Below are positions 1-11,769 of a stretch of DNA of 64,000 nt, one piece after another. The notes under the pieces were generated by a model, which saw nothing but the letters and a program-made list of their open reading frames with translations, was not told the origin of the DNA and made no database searches. The translations under genes and the position numbers were made by a program. The first letter of the stretch is position 1, and the number at the start of each line of letters is the position of its first letter. Source of the stretch: an uncultured virus (IMG/VR IMGVR_UViG_3300032296_004100) (Duplodnaviria > Heunggongvirae > Uroviricota > Caudoviricetes); IMG/VR virus record IMGVR_UViG_3300032296_004100. One strand, 5' to 3'.

Positions 1-1
1 C

Positions 2-1372
2 TGGAAGAGTAGATTTTTCGGGCCAATACTCCTCTCTAATATGCTGAGGTACATTATACCAAGACCATTGAGTACCATTGTCACCATAAAATTCGGTAAA
101 ATTGAGTTTTATAAAATCCAAGGATTCTTTTTTGGCAATTTGAATTGATTTGTTGTAGAGGTCAGGAATTTTTCTTACAAAACCATTTTTACAAGTTTCA
201 TTAGCACCACCATAAAAAAACATATCATCTTCAAAGAACCAATAGAAATCAAATTTGTTCTCCTGAGAGTGCTCGGCAATCCATTGTCTTCCGCCACAAA
301 TTCCTAAGTTATCCTTTTTGATATGTTCGAAACCAAATTCATCACACAACTCTTTATATCTTTCAGTAGTAGTTAAATCTGATGAATTATCTAACAAGAA
401 CTTTTTTGGTTTATCTAAAAAGTTTCTATCATACATTTCCATTGATTTAATTAAAGTCTCAAACTGATTAGGACTATTAAATGTAATTACATACAGTGCT
501 GAGTTATCAATATTCAAATCAGAATATGCGACTTTGCCCTGAGTATTTTTAACTTTATGGGTGTCGTTTTTGACATCTTCACAAAATTTACCGATAAGTC
601 CGTTTGACTCAATTTCATAGTAGTCAAAAATATCGGGGTGCCGATAAAGAAGAATACTGAATAAAGATTCTTCTGTACCCATAAGACCATCCGATAGAGT
701 TTGATTCATCAGATTGTAATAAAGTCCATTGACATCAGAAATACTATCTTTACTACCACCGAAGATTCCACCACGACAAACAAGTTTTACATGGTTTCCT
801 GCGTAGTTGTTGATTTTAGGATAAGTAAAACCATGAATTTCTTTTTCAGCGGCATAAGGAAAGGCAACAAACCCAAACTTACTGAAGAGATTATGAAACT
901 TATGGTGAATTTTATCATGAGTAAAATATCCAGGATGAACCGTATTTGTTATACCTGCATCAATCCAAAACATATGGGTCGAATCAAAAGAGTCAAAAAT
1001 CCTCGCATCGTTAAGTAAAAACATTTTAGACATAACCAAAGGGTTATACATATCCAAACGAGACTGAGTTGATTCGGGTAACCAACCTGATTGATTAAAC
1101 CATTCAGGATTGGTTCTAATTTTTTGAATTTTGTCGTAAAAATCATTTTTAAACCAAGATTGGTCCCTAACGATAAACTGAGTGTTTTCACGACCCCTTC
1201 TTTCCCAAACAAACCCTTCAAGTTCTTTTTCCCCAAAAATAATTAGGTTGGCGTCGATTTGAAGTAGTTGTTCAAATTTATCTAAATAGTGCTGAAATGA
1301 ACGAGACCAACCCTCTTGGAGTTCATCCCTTTTTATATTCCAAAGGCCCGTAACGAAAGTAACTTTATTCAT
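2..1372 (-). CDS. HtrL/YibB-like glycosyltransferase fused to a GT2-like domain (runs off the window edge; missing from the ORF track)
   Basis: Manual translation from ATG at 1372: MNKVTFVTGLWNIKRDEL...HMFWIDAG...RGGIFGG...MGTEES, then FLLDNSSD...NLGICGGRQWIAEH...FFEDD (GT-A DxD-like). Start overlaps the stop of the upstream gene. Confidence 0.75.
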   Translation of the reverse strand, partial: MNKVTFVTGLWNIKRDELQEGWSRSFQHYLDKFEQLLQIDANLIIFGEKELEGFVWERRGRENTQFIVRDQSWFKNDFYDKIQKIRTNPEWFNQSGWLPESTQSRLDMYNPLVMSKMFLLNDARIFDSFDSTHMFWIDAGITNTVHPGYFTHDKIHHKFHNLFSKFGFVAFPYAAEKEIHGFTYPKINNYAGNHVKLVCRGGIFGGSKDSISDVNGLYYNLMNQTLSDGLMGTEESLFSILLYRHPDIFDYYEIESNGLIGKFCEDVKNDTHKVKNTQGKVAYSDLNIDNSALYVITFNSPNQFETLIKSMEMYDRNFLDKPKKFLLDNSSDLTTTERYKELCDEFGFEHIKKDNLGICGGRQWIAEHSQENKFDFYWFFEDDMFFYGGANETCKNGFVRKIPDLYNKSIQIAKKESLDFIKLNFTEFYGDNGTQWSWYNVPQHIREEYWPEKSTLP

Positions 1373-2249
1373 AAATTCTATTAAATTCTTCTAATATTCT
1401 ATAAAAACTTTTTTTATCTTCATAATATGAAACGTTTAAATCCCTCGGACCAGAGTCAGGACACCACCAAATATCGAACTGTTTTATTTCAAATAACTCA
1501 GGATGATTAACACGCATCAATGACATAATATTTTCCTCGTGTGGAAGTGTTTTATCTGTTGAAATAATTTTTTGTAAATAATCTTCAAAAATATTAACAA
1601 TGTCATCCCATTTTGATTTATGACCGCCAAACATTCCACCAATAACATGAAGAGAAGGGTCATATAAATTTGTATACCAATTTCTGTTTACTGTGCCCGA
1701 CCAATAATAATTTACATTTTCTTTAGCTAACATAAGGAATTTATCTCCAGTGTCTTGTATTACATTTCTTAAAAAATCATTGTTGAAAAGTGTCGATTCA
1801 TAATACCTGCGCTCTGGGTGTGTTCCAACCAAATATTTGTTTGGAATTAATCCTGTATGGGAAAGGCCCGCATCAATCCAGTAATAGTAATCATAACTTT
1901 TATCCTCATTCCACCACCAGTGGAACTTGGAATATTGTATCTCCATACATCGGTCACCCCTTCTTACACCTTCGACATCTTTAAATTCATTTATTAAATT
2001 GAAAAATTTAGTGTATGAGATATCAAAAACTTCAAATTTTAATTTATCCGACGAAATATTATGGGTATCATAAAAAAAATTTTTTAACCCCTCAATTTCC
2101 CTATTAGAGGTATAACATAAAAAGTCAGCATCGGTTATCTTCAATAAAGACAATAGACTCCATCTATAATGTCCGTTTCTACCTGGTCTTCCACCCAAAT
2201 CAGTACCATTTAAGTCACAGTAGATACATGTAATAAACTTAGTTTTCAT
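1365..2249 (-). CDS. HtrL/YibB (WlaTC)-like glycosyltransferase
   Basis: YYWIDAG and IGGMFGG motifs plus HEENIM; paralogous to the N-terminal half of the 2-1372 gene. Confidence 0.65.
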   Translation of the reverse strand: MKTKFITCIYCDLNGTDLGGRPGRNGHYRWSLLSLLKITDADFLCYTSNREIEGLKNFFYDTHNISSDKLKFEVFDISYTKFFNLINEFKDVEGVRRGDRCMEIQYSKFHWWWNEDKSYDYYYWIDAGLSHTGLIPNKYLVGTHPERRYYESTLFNNDFLRNVIQDTGDKFLMLAKENVNYYWSGTVNRNWYTNLYDPSLHVIGGMFGGHKSKWDDIVNIFEDYLQKIISTDKTLPHEENIMSLMRVNHPELFEIKQFDIWWCPDSGPRDLNVSYYEDKKSFYRILEEFNRIYE

Positions 2250-2974
2250 ATGGTAATTTCTGAAAAAATTTTATCTTGTTTAGTTTTAATATTTTGTTCT
2301 AAACTCAAAAACTCCGAAGGGATTTTAATAGGTGAATATTGGTTCCAATTATATGTTTGCGTATAAAAATTATTGTAAACGCCATGAGACACATCCGACC
2401 AATCGCTAATTTGTGGGGCAATTGGTATTACGGGAGAATAACTTTGTTTTTTACTCATAATAAATTGGTAAATAAAATCATCAATTGCATAATACCCCAA
2501 GTTTTCTTTAGGTTCCAATTTTAATACCTCATCATAAATACTATGGTGATATACTATCATATTTGTCGCAAAGATACCCCTATGATGTTCTAATTTCGGT
2601 GGAAAATTTGTTAAATCCAATAAAGTTGGATATTGAATACTTCTATTAACAGGACGATTTAGTGTCGGTGATAAATTAAAAATACCATAATCAATACCTT
2701 CAGTATCGGTGGTTATCTTTTCAATTAAGGACTTGGCGTAGGGCATAATAGAACAATCATCTTCAATTACCATAACCTCATCTAAACCTTTTTCGATTGC
2801 TTTTTTTATTATCTCAATATGGGATAAAGAACAACCACCGTGGTCGTTTGTATCTACCGCACCAAATCTTTCAAAATCCCAACCAATATAATCCATTTCA
2901 AATTCAATAGATTGCATCCTGTCAGGTCTTCTATCTAAATTAACAATATACTTGTAAATTTTATTAATATCCAT
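2246..2974 (-). CDS. Glycosyltransferase family 25
   Basis: IVNLDRRPDR, GCSLSH and IEDD motifs typical of GT25. Confidence 0.8.
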   Translation of the reverse strand: MDINKIYKYIVNLDRRPDRMQSIEFEMDYIGWDFERFGAVDTNDHGGCSLSHIEIIKKAIEKGLDEVMVIEDDCSIMPYAKSLIEKITTDTEGIDYGIFNLSPTLNRPVNRSIQYPTLLDLTNFPPKLEHHRGIFATNMIVYHHSIYDEVLKLEPKENLGYYAIDDFIYQFIMSKKQSYSPVIPIAPQISDWSDVSHGVYNNFYTQTYNWNQYSPIKIPSEFLSLEQNIKTKQDKIFSEITI

Positions 2975-4221
2975 TACAAGTTTCCTGTTAAACGGTCACA
3001 CCATCCCTTAGATTCAGAGTGTGGCCAAACAACCCAATAAGCAGGTTTTTGTGTGGTTTGAAAATCTCTCCAAATTTTACAATATTTGTCAGGGTCATTC
3101 ATCATTCTTGAAATCTCAGATTTGTCAGCGTCTTTTCTAAACAAAGTACTGTCATCTGAACCATGGAAGGCAACAACCCAAAAATCATAGTCTTTTTCAG
3201 GCACACTAGCATAATTCACATCGATACAATGTTTGAATACTTGGGCAAAATCTTTTTTCCAATCTTCCTCAGTCTCATAGTTGTATGGATTAGGTGGGTA
3301 ATTTTTATCTAAAGTATATTGTTGAACAGCACGATTTTCAAACAATAGTCCAGAATATTTTTCATAATCTTTTAAAGTTCTTTCGGTTCCAAATCCGAAA
3401 GGTCCATCGTGACCTTCTTGAGTTTCACCATCCATACCAAATAATTTTCTATTTGTAAGGTGAGACTTGTTGTTTTTATCAACCCACTGCTTGTCATCAT
3501 CCCATTGTTTGGTCCTTCCCTTACGAGTATACTCGTGCCAAATAAGAACTTTATGTGGGTGAAACAAGTCATAACCCCAAGTATATGCTCTTGCGGCAAT
3601 TGAGATTTCTTCACCATGGAAATAATATTCAGGATTGTGTTGAACCTCCGTTGAGAATTGTCCAAGAGTGAATGCGTAGTGCGCAGAATAAAATCTTGCG
3701 GTGACAGGTTCTTTCATATCTCTCCACCCTGGAATTGTTTCAGGAAGAAAAAATACTGCACCCTCGGGAATAAATCTATCAAACACCATTCTCCATGGTT
3801 CTTGAACTCTACCAGCTGGGTCGTTCTCAGGGTCAAATGATGAAACATATCCTGTTAACAAAGGTTTCTTGTGTCCTTTCTTTTGTAGTTGTTTAACCAT
3901 CTTAATCATTTCATCGTCCCAATTGGGTGCAAATCTCATGTGAGAATCAATTTGCATAGTGTACTCTTCACCCTCGTAAACTTGTTGGGTTAAGTTTCTT
4001 GCCCAACAAACACCTTTAGACTCTTCAAATGGAATATCTAAAATTCTAAAACGCTTATCATTTTTATATTCTGTTAAATCATCAAATTTATCCTCAGAAT
4101 TAAATTGTCTTGCAATACCAAATCTGAGATTCTTTGGCCTTTTTGCATTTGCAATCATATCCTTTAAAGTGCTGACAAGTTGGGGGTCTCTATAAGAGGC
4201 TATTTGAACAAATATTTTCAT
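2974..4221 (-). CDS. GT60-like polypeptide N-acetylhexosaminyltransferase (GlcNAc-transferase family)
   Basis: IFVQIASYRD, GVCWAR, QIDSHMRF..WD, YFHGEEI..AARA.TWGYD and WHEY match the Skp1 GlcNAc-transferase/GT60 family. Confidence 0.8.
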   Translation of the reverse strand: MKIFVQIASYRDPQLVSTLKDMIANAKRPKNLRFGIARQFNSEDKFDDLTEYKNDKRFRILDIPFEESKGVCWARNLTQQVYEGEEYTMQIDSHMRFAPNWDDEMIKMVKQLQKKGHKKPLLTGYVSSFDPENDPAGRVQEPWRMVFDRFIPEGAVFFLPETIPGWRDMKEPVTARFYSAHYAFTLGQFSTEVQHNPEYYFHGEEISIAARAYTWGYDLFHPHKVLIWHEYTRKGRTKQWDDDKQWVDKNNKSHLTNRKLFGMDGETQEGHDGPFGFGTERTLKDYEKYSGLLFENRAVQQYTLDKNYPPNPYNYETEEDWKKDFAQVFKHCIDVNYASVPEKDYDFWVVAFHGSDDSTLFRKDADKSEISRMMNDPDKYCKIWRDFQTTQKPAYWVVWPHSESKGWCDRLTGNL

Positions 4222-4280
4222 TAAATAATTTTTTAATAAAAATAAACATAAGGTTAATAAACTGAATATTTCCTTAAAAC

Positions 4281-4308
4281 AAAAAACCCCTCACAAAAGG
4301 AGGGGGTT
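4281..4308 (-). terminator. Intrinsic terminator after the Thr/Pro-rich gene block
   Basis: AACCCCTC/GAGGGGGTT hairpin followed by a U-tract on the minus strand. Confidence 0.7.
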
Positions 4309-4311
4309 AGT

Positions 4312-5463
4312 TTAACAAGGTGTCTCGTTATTTATAAATCCGGTTCCATTTATTACTTCAAATGCTGATGTTCCATCTGACCAATAACCATTATTTACAG
4401 GATTTGTTAACGAGGTATCTAAGAATAAGAATTCACCCACTGTTGGGCCTTGTGGTTGAGAGCTACTCGAGTAAACATTCTCTATTGTGACACTTGTACA
4501 TGCATCAATTGATGTTGCACCAGACGTTAATAGATATGACCAATAAGATATTGTCGGTGTTGGTGTCATACTTGTTGTAGGTGTATTTGTTGGTGTTCCC
4601 GATGGTGTTTGGGTTGGGGTTTTAGTTTGAGTTGGAGTCTGAGTTGGCGTTTCAGTCGTTGTTGGTGTCATACTTGTTGTAGGTGTATTTGTTGGTGTTT
4701 GTGTTGGGGTTGAAGTAATAGACGCAGTCAAACTCACAGTTGGTGAGTTTGTTGGTGTTTGTGTATTAGTAGGTGTGTTTGTTGGTGTTTGTGTGAGAGT
4801 TGGGCAAACAGAAATAGATAGGTAATTACCTGAGGAATCTACTTCAATAACAATAGCATTAAAACTATAAAACCCTGTCATGTTGATTGTTGCTGGTCCT
4901 GCAGGAACATTCGAGAGAAAAGATACATCACCCCAAACAGAATCATTTCCATATATTGTAATTGGTCCGTTGATATTATCGCAGGCAACTGATAAAGTTG
5001 AACCAGTATAAACACTAAAAGAAGTTCGGGCTGGCGGAGTTACACTTGGTGTTGGTGTGTTAGTTGGTGTCTCCGATGGTGTTTGAGTTGGTGTTTCAGT
5101 TTGGGTTGGAGTCTGAGTTGGAGTTTCAGTCGGTGTTGATGTTGCTGTCTGTGTTGGTGTATTTGTTGCGGTAATACTTGGTGTTGGTGTGTTTGTTGCG
5201 GTATTAGTTGGTGTTTGAGTTGGTGTTGGGGTGTTTGTGGCGGTTGGAGTTGGTGATACTACAAACGGGAACAAACCAAAATCATAAACAGTAATTATTG
5301 TCGGCATCGCGGTAGAATAGGTACCATCTATCAACCAAATATTACAAGACTCTCCCGCAGGAAGTAAAACATTATAATTCCACATTTGATTGGAACACTC
5401 TTGATATGAAAAAACACCATTCGAAGAGGTGTTATTAGTTAAAAGATATTTTCTGCACGCCAT
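4312..5463 (-). CDS. Thr/Pro-rich mucin-like putative virion protein
   Basis: Small Cys-containing domains separated by long TPT(N/Q/E)T tracts; TATTTAT motif upstream. Confidence 0.65.
   Translation of the reverse strand: MACRKYLLTNNTSSNGVFSYQECSNQMWNYNVLLPAGESCNIWLIDGTYSTAMPTIITVYDFGLFPFVVSPTPTATNTPTPTQTPTNTATNTPTPSITATNTPTQTATSTPTETPTQTPTQTETPTQTPSETPTNTPTPSVTPPARTSFSVYTGSTLSVACDNINGPITIYGNDSVWGDVSFLSNVPAGPATINMTGFYSFNAIVIEVDSSGNYLSISVCPTLTQTPTNTPTNTQTPTNSPTVSLTASITSTPTQTPTNTPTTSMTPTTTETPTQTPTQTKTPTQTPSGTPTNTPTTSMTPTPTISYWSYLLTSGATSIDACTSVTIENVYSSSSQPQGPTVGEFLFLDTSLTNPVNNGYWSDGTSAFEVINGTGFINNETPC
4781..5052. repeat. 272-bp direct repeat, copy A (copy B at 5603-5874)
   Basis: Manual alignment shows about 17 mismatches and no indels; both copies encode [10 protein letters not shown]...[14 protein letters not shown]. 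Confidence 0.9.
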
Positions 5464-5520
5464 TTTTTTTGTTTTTATAATAAATATTAGAATAATTCAA
5501 ATTATTTCAAGTTTTAGTTT

Positions 5521-8500
5521 TTAACTTGGTGTTACAGTTGGTGTTACACTTGGTGTTACACTTGGAGTTGTACTTGGTGTAGGTGTTATAGTAGATGTTG
5601 GTGTTGGTGTTTGTGTGAGAGTTGGGCAAACAGAAATAGATAGGTAATTACCTGACGAATCTACTTCAATAACAATACCATTGAAATTATAAAACCCTGT
5701 CATGTTGATTGTTACTGGTCCTACAGGAACATTTGAGAGAAAAGATACATCACCCCAAACAGAATCATTTCCATATACTGTAATTGGTCCGTTGATATTA
5801 CCACACGCATCTAATAAAGTTGAACCAGAATAAACACTAAAGGAAGTTCGGGCTGGGGGAGTTACACTAGGTGTGGGTGTCGTTGTCGGTGTCACTGAAG
5901 TTTCAGTAGGCGTCGCTGTAGGAGTTGGTGTTGGAATAACAATATCATTTTCTAATTCAAGACCAATGTATATTAATTCACTGGTAACAAAGTCAGTAGA
6001 TGCTGATTGAATCAATACTACATTTCCTGAAGGAGTTGCTCCCGAGACAGTACCAAACACAAAACCGTTTTCTGAACCATTTTCCCAAAACTTCAACGAA
6101 TTTGAATCACCAGAATAGATTACTGTTGTACCCGATTGGGTCATTGTAAAGGTTACAGTGTTACCGGTAAACTCAGAAAAATAATCAAATCGGTCAACAT
6201 CATTTGAATCAAATGAGTTGAAATACACTCCACTATTGGGAGAATTTAATGAATTTGGGTTTGTAATACCCTCATCAATTATTGTATTTCCAGAAGTTGG
6301 TAATCCTGTGGGGTTTGTAATAAAACCAAAAGGTATTATACTTTGAATCTGTACATCAACTAAAGTGCTCAAAGTGATATTATACGAACTTGTGAGAGTT
6401 ACTGTTTGATTGGCATTTGAGTCTAAGATAATTGTTTGAGTATTAAGGACTGTTACAGTGCCTGGTGGGTCCTGAACTCTTAGTGTTGCTAATAAAAGTA
6501 TTCCATTCGCAGATGAGGTTGAAGACAATCCAAGAGTTGTTGTGTAAACACCCGAACTAGGATTTGCTGAATTATTAGTGTCAGCAATGACTTGGTTTCC
6601 ACCACCTGCTGCAGGACATGGCCAAGGATTTTGTGGACCTAAAGGTAGTGTCCCCGAATAGAATGTTGGTCTAGGAATACTGTTTATAGTAACACCAGTT
6701 ATACTGGTAAATGGACTACAGTTTGAAATGTATAATTCAATTTGTCCTGGTGTTTCGGTTGGAGTTTGAGTTTGAGTTGGTGTGTTTGTTGGTGTCTGAG
6801 TGTTGGTTGGTGTTGGAGTTTTAGTAGGTGTTTCGGTATTTGTTGGGGTATTTGTTGGTGTTTCAGTTGTGGTTACTGTGGGAGTATTTGTTGGTGTCTC
6901 AGTTGTAGTTACCGTAGGTGTATTCGTTGGTGTCTGAGTGTTAGTTGGTGTTGGAGTTTCAGTAGGTGTCTCAGTGTTAGTTGGTGTTGGAGTTTCAGTA
7001 GGTGTTTCAGTAGGAGTAGGGGTTGGTGTTGTAGGTGGGAAACAACAATCGGTATCGTATACAACACTGACTGGTGTTGAACCCGATAATACAACCAACG
7101 AATCTTTTTCGAAACAAAACTCAAATCTGAATCTTACAATATCAGGATATGTTGTAGCCGTCAGGGTTCGGTTGTAAGTGTAAAGGCTATCGCAACTAGT
7201 CATTTGAACTATCGTGTCACCAGTTATTTCTACTGATACAAACTGATAACATTCGTCCAAAACACAAGTAGCTGTTGGAGTCGGTGTCATTGTTTCCGTT
7301 GGTGTGGGTGTAGAAGTTGTCGAAGTTTCGGTTGGTGTCGGAGTTGGTGTCGGAGTTACTGAAGTCTCAGTAGGTGTTGGGGTGGCGCCACCACAACAAT
7401 CAAGAACAACATAATATGTGTAAATTGTTCCCTGAAACCCAACATACGAATTAATCAGAACTGGTGGTGTTGACAAGCATACCTGTATCCCACTATATCC
7501 TGCGATTTGAACGGTTTCGGTTCCACCACTACAGTAAGTCAATTCCCAAGTGGCACCTGAAGCGACACCTCCAAATATTTCATATTCTAAACAACCTACA
7601 CATGGTTGAGTTAAAGTTGGAGTGGGAGTTGGTGTTTGTGAAGAAGTCACACTTGGTGTTGGAGTTGGTGTGGGTGGTGGTGAACAACTTGCACCTTCAG
7701 TGATTTCAATCCAATTATTGTAAATATTGATTGTTCCTTCACATAGGCAAGTCGTAAACACCTGATATGCCCCAAGGCGATAATCAATGACATTACCATT
7801 ACAATCTGTGGCAGTAAACACCGCCGAAATCGGTTCCAAGTTTTTAAATGTGTATTCAACACAATTACAAGCCGTAGGTGTGATTGTTGGTGTGGGGGTA
7901 TTTGAGGAGGTATTTGTTGGAGTCGGTGTATTTGATGATGTTGCCGTTGGCGTTAAATTAGCGGTAACACTTACCGTTGGACTATTACTCGGTGTCGGAG
8001 TTAAGAAAACATTTCTACATGGTCCTACTGTTAAAACAGTTATATCAGGACAACTTGAGGTTGGTGCCACACAAGCACATACATTTACAGAATTGTATTG
8101 TGAAAAATTACTCAATCCGAAATAAGAGGGACCTTGACTTACAAAATTTCCATTACAATCTACCCAATTTATATTTTCACCACATTGGGTTGCCCCTGTG
8201 AAATAAACTGTATAAGTTTGACAATCACAACCACTTGTAGTTGGTGTTGGTGTGTTAGTGGGTGTAACTGATGGTGTTACAGTATTACTTGGTGTTTGAG
8301 TATTAGTTGGTGTTTGAGTGTTTGTTGTAGTTGGTGTAACAGTGGGTGTCACTGAAGAAGTGGGTGTCGGAGTTGGTAAATTACATCCTGCACCCAAATT
8401 AGTTTGAGTCGTGAGACAACTTGTAATCACACAGTCACCACATATACAAACATAAATTGTTGAACCTGATGTAAAAACATTATTAGTATATTGTGGAAAA

Positions 8501-11157
8501 TCTGATGCTGATTTAGTAATTAGAGTTCCAAAACAATCAATGTAACTAATCGTGTTCGAACAATTTTCATTAAATGTGAGCTCAATAGTTTTACATTCAC
8601 AAGGTGTTTCCGTTGGCGTTTGTGTTGGTGTGGATGTAACTGTTTGGGTTGGAGTAACTGTTGGTGTTGCAGTCATAGATGCTGTCACGGATGGTGTTGG
8701 AGAAACTGACACACCTTCACAACAGTTATTATAAAAAGAATAACTTAGAATCGAATTGTTGTAATCCACAAATTCGATACCAAGAAACATTTTGATGTTC
8801 TGATTTTGATTTGCACTTCCTGAAGTAAAAGATATTCCAAAATCCGAATAGTTACTAAACTGCGATTTACTAGTAACATCATAGACATAATTACCATCAA
8901 AGGGTCCATCAGCATCGAGTAATTCAACTCTCAAGTCCCAACTATTATTGATTTGAGAAAATAAACTGGTTAAATCAACAAGTCCAGTGCCAGCTGGTGA
9001 TGTTCCTCCTGAAACTGAGAGTGACATTGTGTTAACACCCGTTACTGTTGTGTCACTATTAGTTGCTGCAAACCTAAAATCCCCATCAAAAACCGAGTCG
9101 GCTACCCATGTCCACCAATATGGTCCATAAATTGTTGGTTGACTACCACCAATTGTAGTTCCTGAAATACATCCTTCTTCTTGTCCCAAAGTTACTGTGT
9201 ACGGATAGACACCCGTTGGAGAAGATAGAGAAACGAATCTGTTCCATGGACCAAACGACTCACAAGAAGTTATAACTGCGGTGGTGGGTCCACTGATAAG
9301 AATATCAACATTATTCCAACAATTAGTTGTTGCACAAGTTGGCGTAGGGGATACCTCAAAAGTATTTGTTGGAGTTGATGTGTGAGTTGGTGTGACTGTG
9401 GGTGTGGGAGTAGGACAAGGGTCATCAAAAGGCCAAGCTGAACCACCACCTCTACAAGGGGTAGAATATGAATTGACAGTCACCGCAGGACCACCAACAG
9501 TACCGGTCACAAAACAATAATCATCAAGATTGTAAGTTCCAATTGGTAAACCATCCAAAGTAACAATAGATTCGTCACAACAAGTCAATCCTGTAATAAA
9601 TGCGGTTGACGCCGTTACAGTAATGTTAACAATCGATGCACACCTGCCTGGTGGTGTCGGTGTAGGGGTTGGAGTTTGAGTTGCAGAATTAGTTGGTGTT
9701 GGTGTCACAAAAAATTGAGGACAAACAACATTAATTGCATCTAAGAAATTTCCACCTGCTTGTGCAGATGTTGCAGAAAATAATAATTGATAATTTTGTT
9801 CTTGTGCAACAAAATTAACGGTGTTAAATGTCCATTGTCGAGTTACGGCAGTATATTCTGTCGGGAAATAGATAAGACCTGTAGTTTGCCCACTTACTGC
9901 AACAACTAAAGTATTTAAAAAATCTTGTCTACCCATATGGGCAAACTGAATTTGGTATTGGGTACCAGGTGTGGCGTAAAAGTCTTGAAATAATGCTTGA
10001 GGGGTGGCAACTCTTGCATTTACCTCAGCAAAGAAATTACCCACATATGCCATGTAATTTTGGAAACCATTTGGCCAAATTTCGATGCTTTGGTCTGAAG
10101 CTGTAGTATCCCAAAAAGGAATACACTCTTTCGGGTATTGTACTGGATTCGTTGTTGGACCTCCACAATATTGTCCTAAACAAGGGGATACACAATCTGC
10201 AAAATCTTCAAAAGAAGTGTTACCCAGTCTTCCACAAGCTAAAGTTGGTGTTGGAGTTGGAGTTGCTGTTGGTGTTTGAGTTACTGTTGCAACAAACTGA
10301 CATTCAGGAGCAGATGAAGCTCCTCCTACATATGTTCCGGTATTTTTGATGTATGTGAGACCATAAGGGGCAATTGGATTAAACAACCAAACATCACCAT
10401 TAGCGTTTGTTATGTATAAATCATCATCATTTATAAACATTCCTAATGCATAAGGAATAGATGGTTGAACTATAAACTCCAACACCATTGCACCGGTTGA
10501 GTAGTTATAACCTCTTATGTAACCATCAACGGTTGTTGCATATAAAATGTTATTAGTTGTTAGAATCAAATCTCCATAAACATCCCCTATTATATTGAAT
10601 TTTGGCGTTACAACACCCGTAGTTGTGGTAATATCAATTTCAATCACGGTTAAACCACTTGTTGAAATCAATTTTGTATTCGAAATTGCGGTCAAACCTG
10701 CACCAAGTTCTACACCTGTTACTGCGATAGTTCGGTTGTATAAAATCGAAAAAGGGTTCAGAGTAATATTATATTCGTAAATTGCTCCTGTGGTGTAGTA
10801 TGCAGAATAAGTCCAAAGTTTTGTTGTTGTATTGGCAATATCTACACCATTACCCAAAATAGGTCCACCTAAAAATACTGATAAAGGTGTAACGGTATTA
10901 CTCGAAAACTCGTAAATTGCACCCGGTGCTAAGAAAACCACACAGTCATCTAAAGAAGGTGGCGTGGTTGAAAACTCATAATTGTAATCGTACAACGGAG
11001 AATAAACATCATAATCCCCGAAATAATAAGGGTTTAGGTAATTAAATGGGATTGTTTGTTCACCAATATCAATAGTTCCTCCACTATAAGGATTAAAAGT
11101 TACATTGACTGTTTGTCCACTAAGATTATCACTTAAAACTCGAATTCCGATTGCCAT
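5521..11157 (-). CDS. 1878-aa multidomain mucin-like fibre/decoration protein
   Basis: Propeller-like N-terminal region, a jelly-roll/carbohydrate-binding-like domain (GNTSFED...IEIW...LFQDF...GNFLDAI) and repeated Cys-rich modules joined by TPT linkers. Confidence 0.65.
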   Translation of the reverse strand: MAIGIRVLSDNLSGQTVNVTFNPYSGGTIDIGEQTIPFNYLNPYYFGDYDVYSPLYDYNYEFSTTPPSLDDCVVFLAPGAIYEFSSNTVTPLSVFLGGPILGNGVDIANTTTKLWTYSAYYTTGAIYEYNITLNPFSILYNRTIAVTGVELGAGLTAISNTKLISTSGLTVIEIDITTTTGVVTPKFNIIGDVYGDLILTTNNILYATTVDGYIRGYNYSTGAMVLEFIVQPSIPYALGMFINDDDLYITNANGDVWLFNPIAPYGLTYIKNTGTYVGGASSAPECQFVATVTQTPTATPTPTPTLACGRLGNTSFEDFADCVSPCLGQYCGGPTTNPVQYPKECIPFWDTTASDQSIEIWPNGFQNYMAYVGNFFAEVNARVATPQALFQDFYATPGTQYQIQFAHMGRQDFLNTLVVAVSGQTTGLIYFPTEYTAVTRQWTFNTVNFVAQEQNYQLLFSATSAQAGGNFLDAINVVCPQFFVTPTPTNSATQTPTPTPTPPGRCASIVNITVTASTAFITGLTCCDESIVTLDGLPIGTYNLDDYCFVTGTVGGPAVTVNSYSTPCRGGGSAWPFDDPCPTPTPTVTPTHTSTPTNTFEVSPTPTCATTNCWNNVDILISGPTTAVITSCESFGPWNRFVSLSSPTGVYPYTVTLGQEEGCISGTTIGGSQPTIYGPYWWTWVADSVFDGDFRFAATNSDTTVTGVNTMSLSVSGGTSPAGTGLVDLTSLFSQINNSWDLRVELLDADGPFDGNYVYDVTSKSQFSNYSDFGISFTSGSANQNQNIKMFLGIEFVDYNNSILSYSFYNNCCEGVSVSPTPSVTASMTATPTVTPTQTVTSTPTQTPTETPCECKTIELTFNENCSNTISYIDCFGTLITKSASDFPQYTNNVFTSGSTIYVCICGDCVITSCLTTQTNLGAGCNLPTPTPTSSVTPTVTPTTTNTQTPTNTQTPSNTVTPSVTPTNTPTPTTSGCDCQTYTVYFTGATQCGENINWVDCNGNFVSQGPSYFGLSNFSQYNSVNVCACVAPTSSCPDITVLTVGPCRNVFLTPTPSNSPTVSVTANLTPTATSSNTPTPTNTSSNTPTPTITPTACNCVEYTFKNLEPISAVFTATDCNGNVIDYRLGAYQVFTTCLCEGTINIYNNWIEITEGASCSPPPTPTPTPSVTSSQTPTPTPTLTQPCVGCLEYEIFGGVASGATWELTYCSGGTETVQIAGYSGIQVCLSTPPVLINSYVGFQGTIYTYYVVLDCCGGATPTPTETSVTPTPTPTPTETSTTSTPTPTETMTPTPTATCVLDECYQFVSVEITGDTIVQMTSCDSLYTYNRTLTATTYPDIVRFRFEFCFEKDSLVVLSGSTPVSVVYDTDCCFPPTTPTPTPTETPTETPTPTNTETPTETPTPTNTQTPTNTPTVTTTETPTNTPTVTTTETPTNTPTNTETPTKTPTPTNTQTPTNTPTQTQTPTETPGQIELYISNCSPFTSITGVTINSIPRPTFYSGTLPLGPQNPWPCPAAGGGNQVIADTNNSANPSSGVYTTTLGLSSTSSANGILLLATLRVQDPPGTVTVLNTQTIILDSNANQTVTLTSSYNITLSTLVDVQIQSIIPFGFITNPTGLPTSGNTIIDEGITNPNSLNSPNSGVYFNSFDSNDVDRFDYFSEFTGNTVTFTMTQSGTTVIYSGDSNSLKFWENGSENGFVFGTVSGATPSGNVVLIQSASTDFVTSELIYIGLELENDIVIPTPTPTATPTETSVTPTTTPTPSVTPPARTSFSVYSGSTLLDACGNINGPITVYGNDSVWGDVSFLSNVPVGPVTINMTGFYNFNGIVIEVDSSGNYLSISVCPTLTQTPTPTSTITPTPSTTPSVTPSVTPTVTPS
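5603..5874. repeat. 272-bp direct repeat, copy B
   Basis: Near-identical to 4781-5052. Confidence 0.9.
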
Positions 11158-11192
11158 AATAATAAATACTCAATACCTCCAATTAGTTTTTA

Positions 11193-11759
11193 TTAACACA
11201 CACCTGTATTGATAATTAATGTTCCACTTATTTGTATTATTTTTACACCATCAGAAATTGTAAAATTCGCCCCGATTGGTGGGATGGTTAGTTCACGGTT
11301 ACCATAAACATGGTCATCAACAGTCAGTTGTCTAAAAGGTTTTGTTGAATATACTGTAACATTTGACGGAAACCCTCCAAATTGATTTATTTGTTGACAA
11401 ACATCTTGGAAATAACCACCCGTTCTTAAATTTTGGATGAAGACTGCTGAGGGAGTTACAGAAGGTGTTACCGTATTTGTTGGTGTTGGAGTCTGAGTGG
11501 TTGGAGTTTGACTTAAACTTACTGTTGGTGTTACAGTTGGTGTAAGTGTTGGTGTTGGCGTAGATGAGGGACAAGGGCCTAAATTAACAATGTTTAAAGG
11601 TGCACCATATAATTCAACAGTGATTGATTCCGCACACAGGGTTTCAGAAAATAGAGGTGCAATTGGAGTTATGTTTATACTACCAGTACAACTCGTCCAT
11701 TTATAATACCCTTCTTGAACAGAATTGTAATTTGTTACTCTGTAGTATAAACAAGACAT
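11193..11759 (-). CDS. Thr/Pro-rich putative virion protein
   Basis: N-terminal Cys module (C.YY..TN...Y.W..C.G) like those in neighbouring genes, a TPT linker and a C-terminal Cys module. Confidence 0.6.
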   Translation of the reverse strand: MSCLYYRVTNYNSVQEGYYKWTSCTGSINITPIAPLFSETLCAESITVELYGAPLNIVNLGPCPSSTPTPTLTPTVTPTVSLSQTPTTQTPTPTNTVTPSVTPSAVFIQNLRTGGYFQDVCQQINQFGGFPSNVTVYSTKPFRQLTVDDHVYGNRELTIPPIGANFTISDGVKIIQISGTLIINTGVC

Positions 11760-11769
11760 AAATTGAAAA

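Noticed and set aside
701..1236. ORFs 701-1018 (+) and 949-1236 (-)
   Set aside because: They overlap the longer motif-bearing frame at 2-1372.
4781..5874. Diversity-generating retroelement TR/VR pair
   Set aside because: Mismatches are of all types (G/C, C/T, G/A, A/T) rather than adenine-specific, both copies are coding, and there is no reverse transcriptase in the window.
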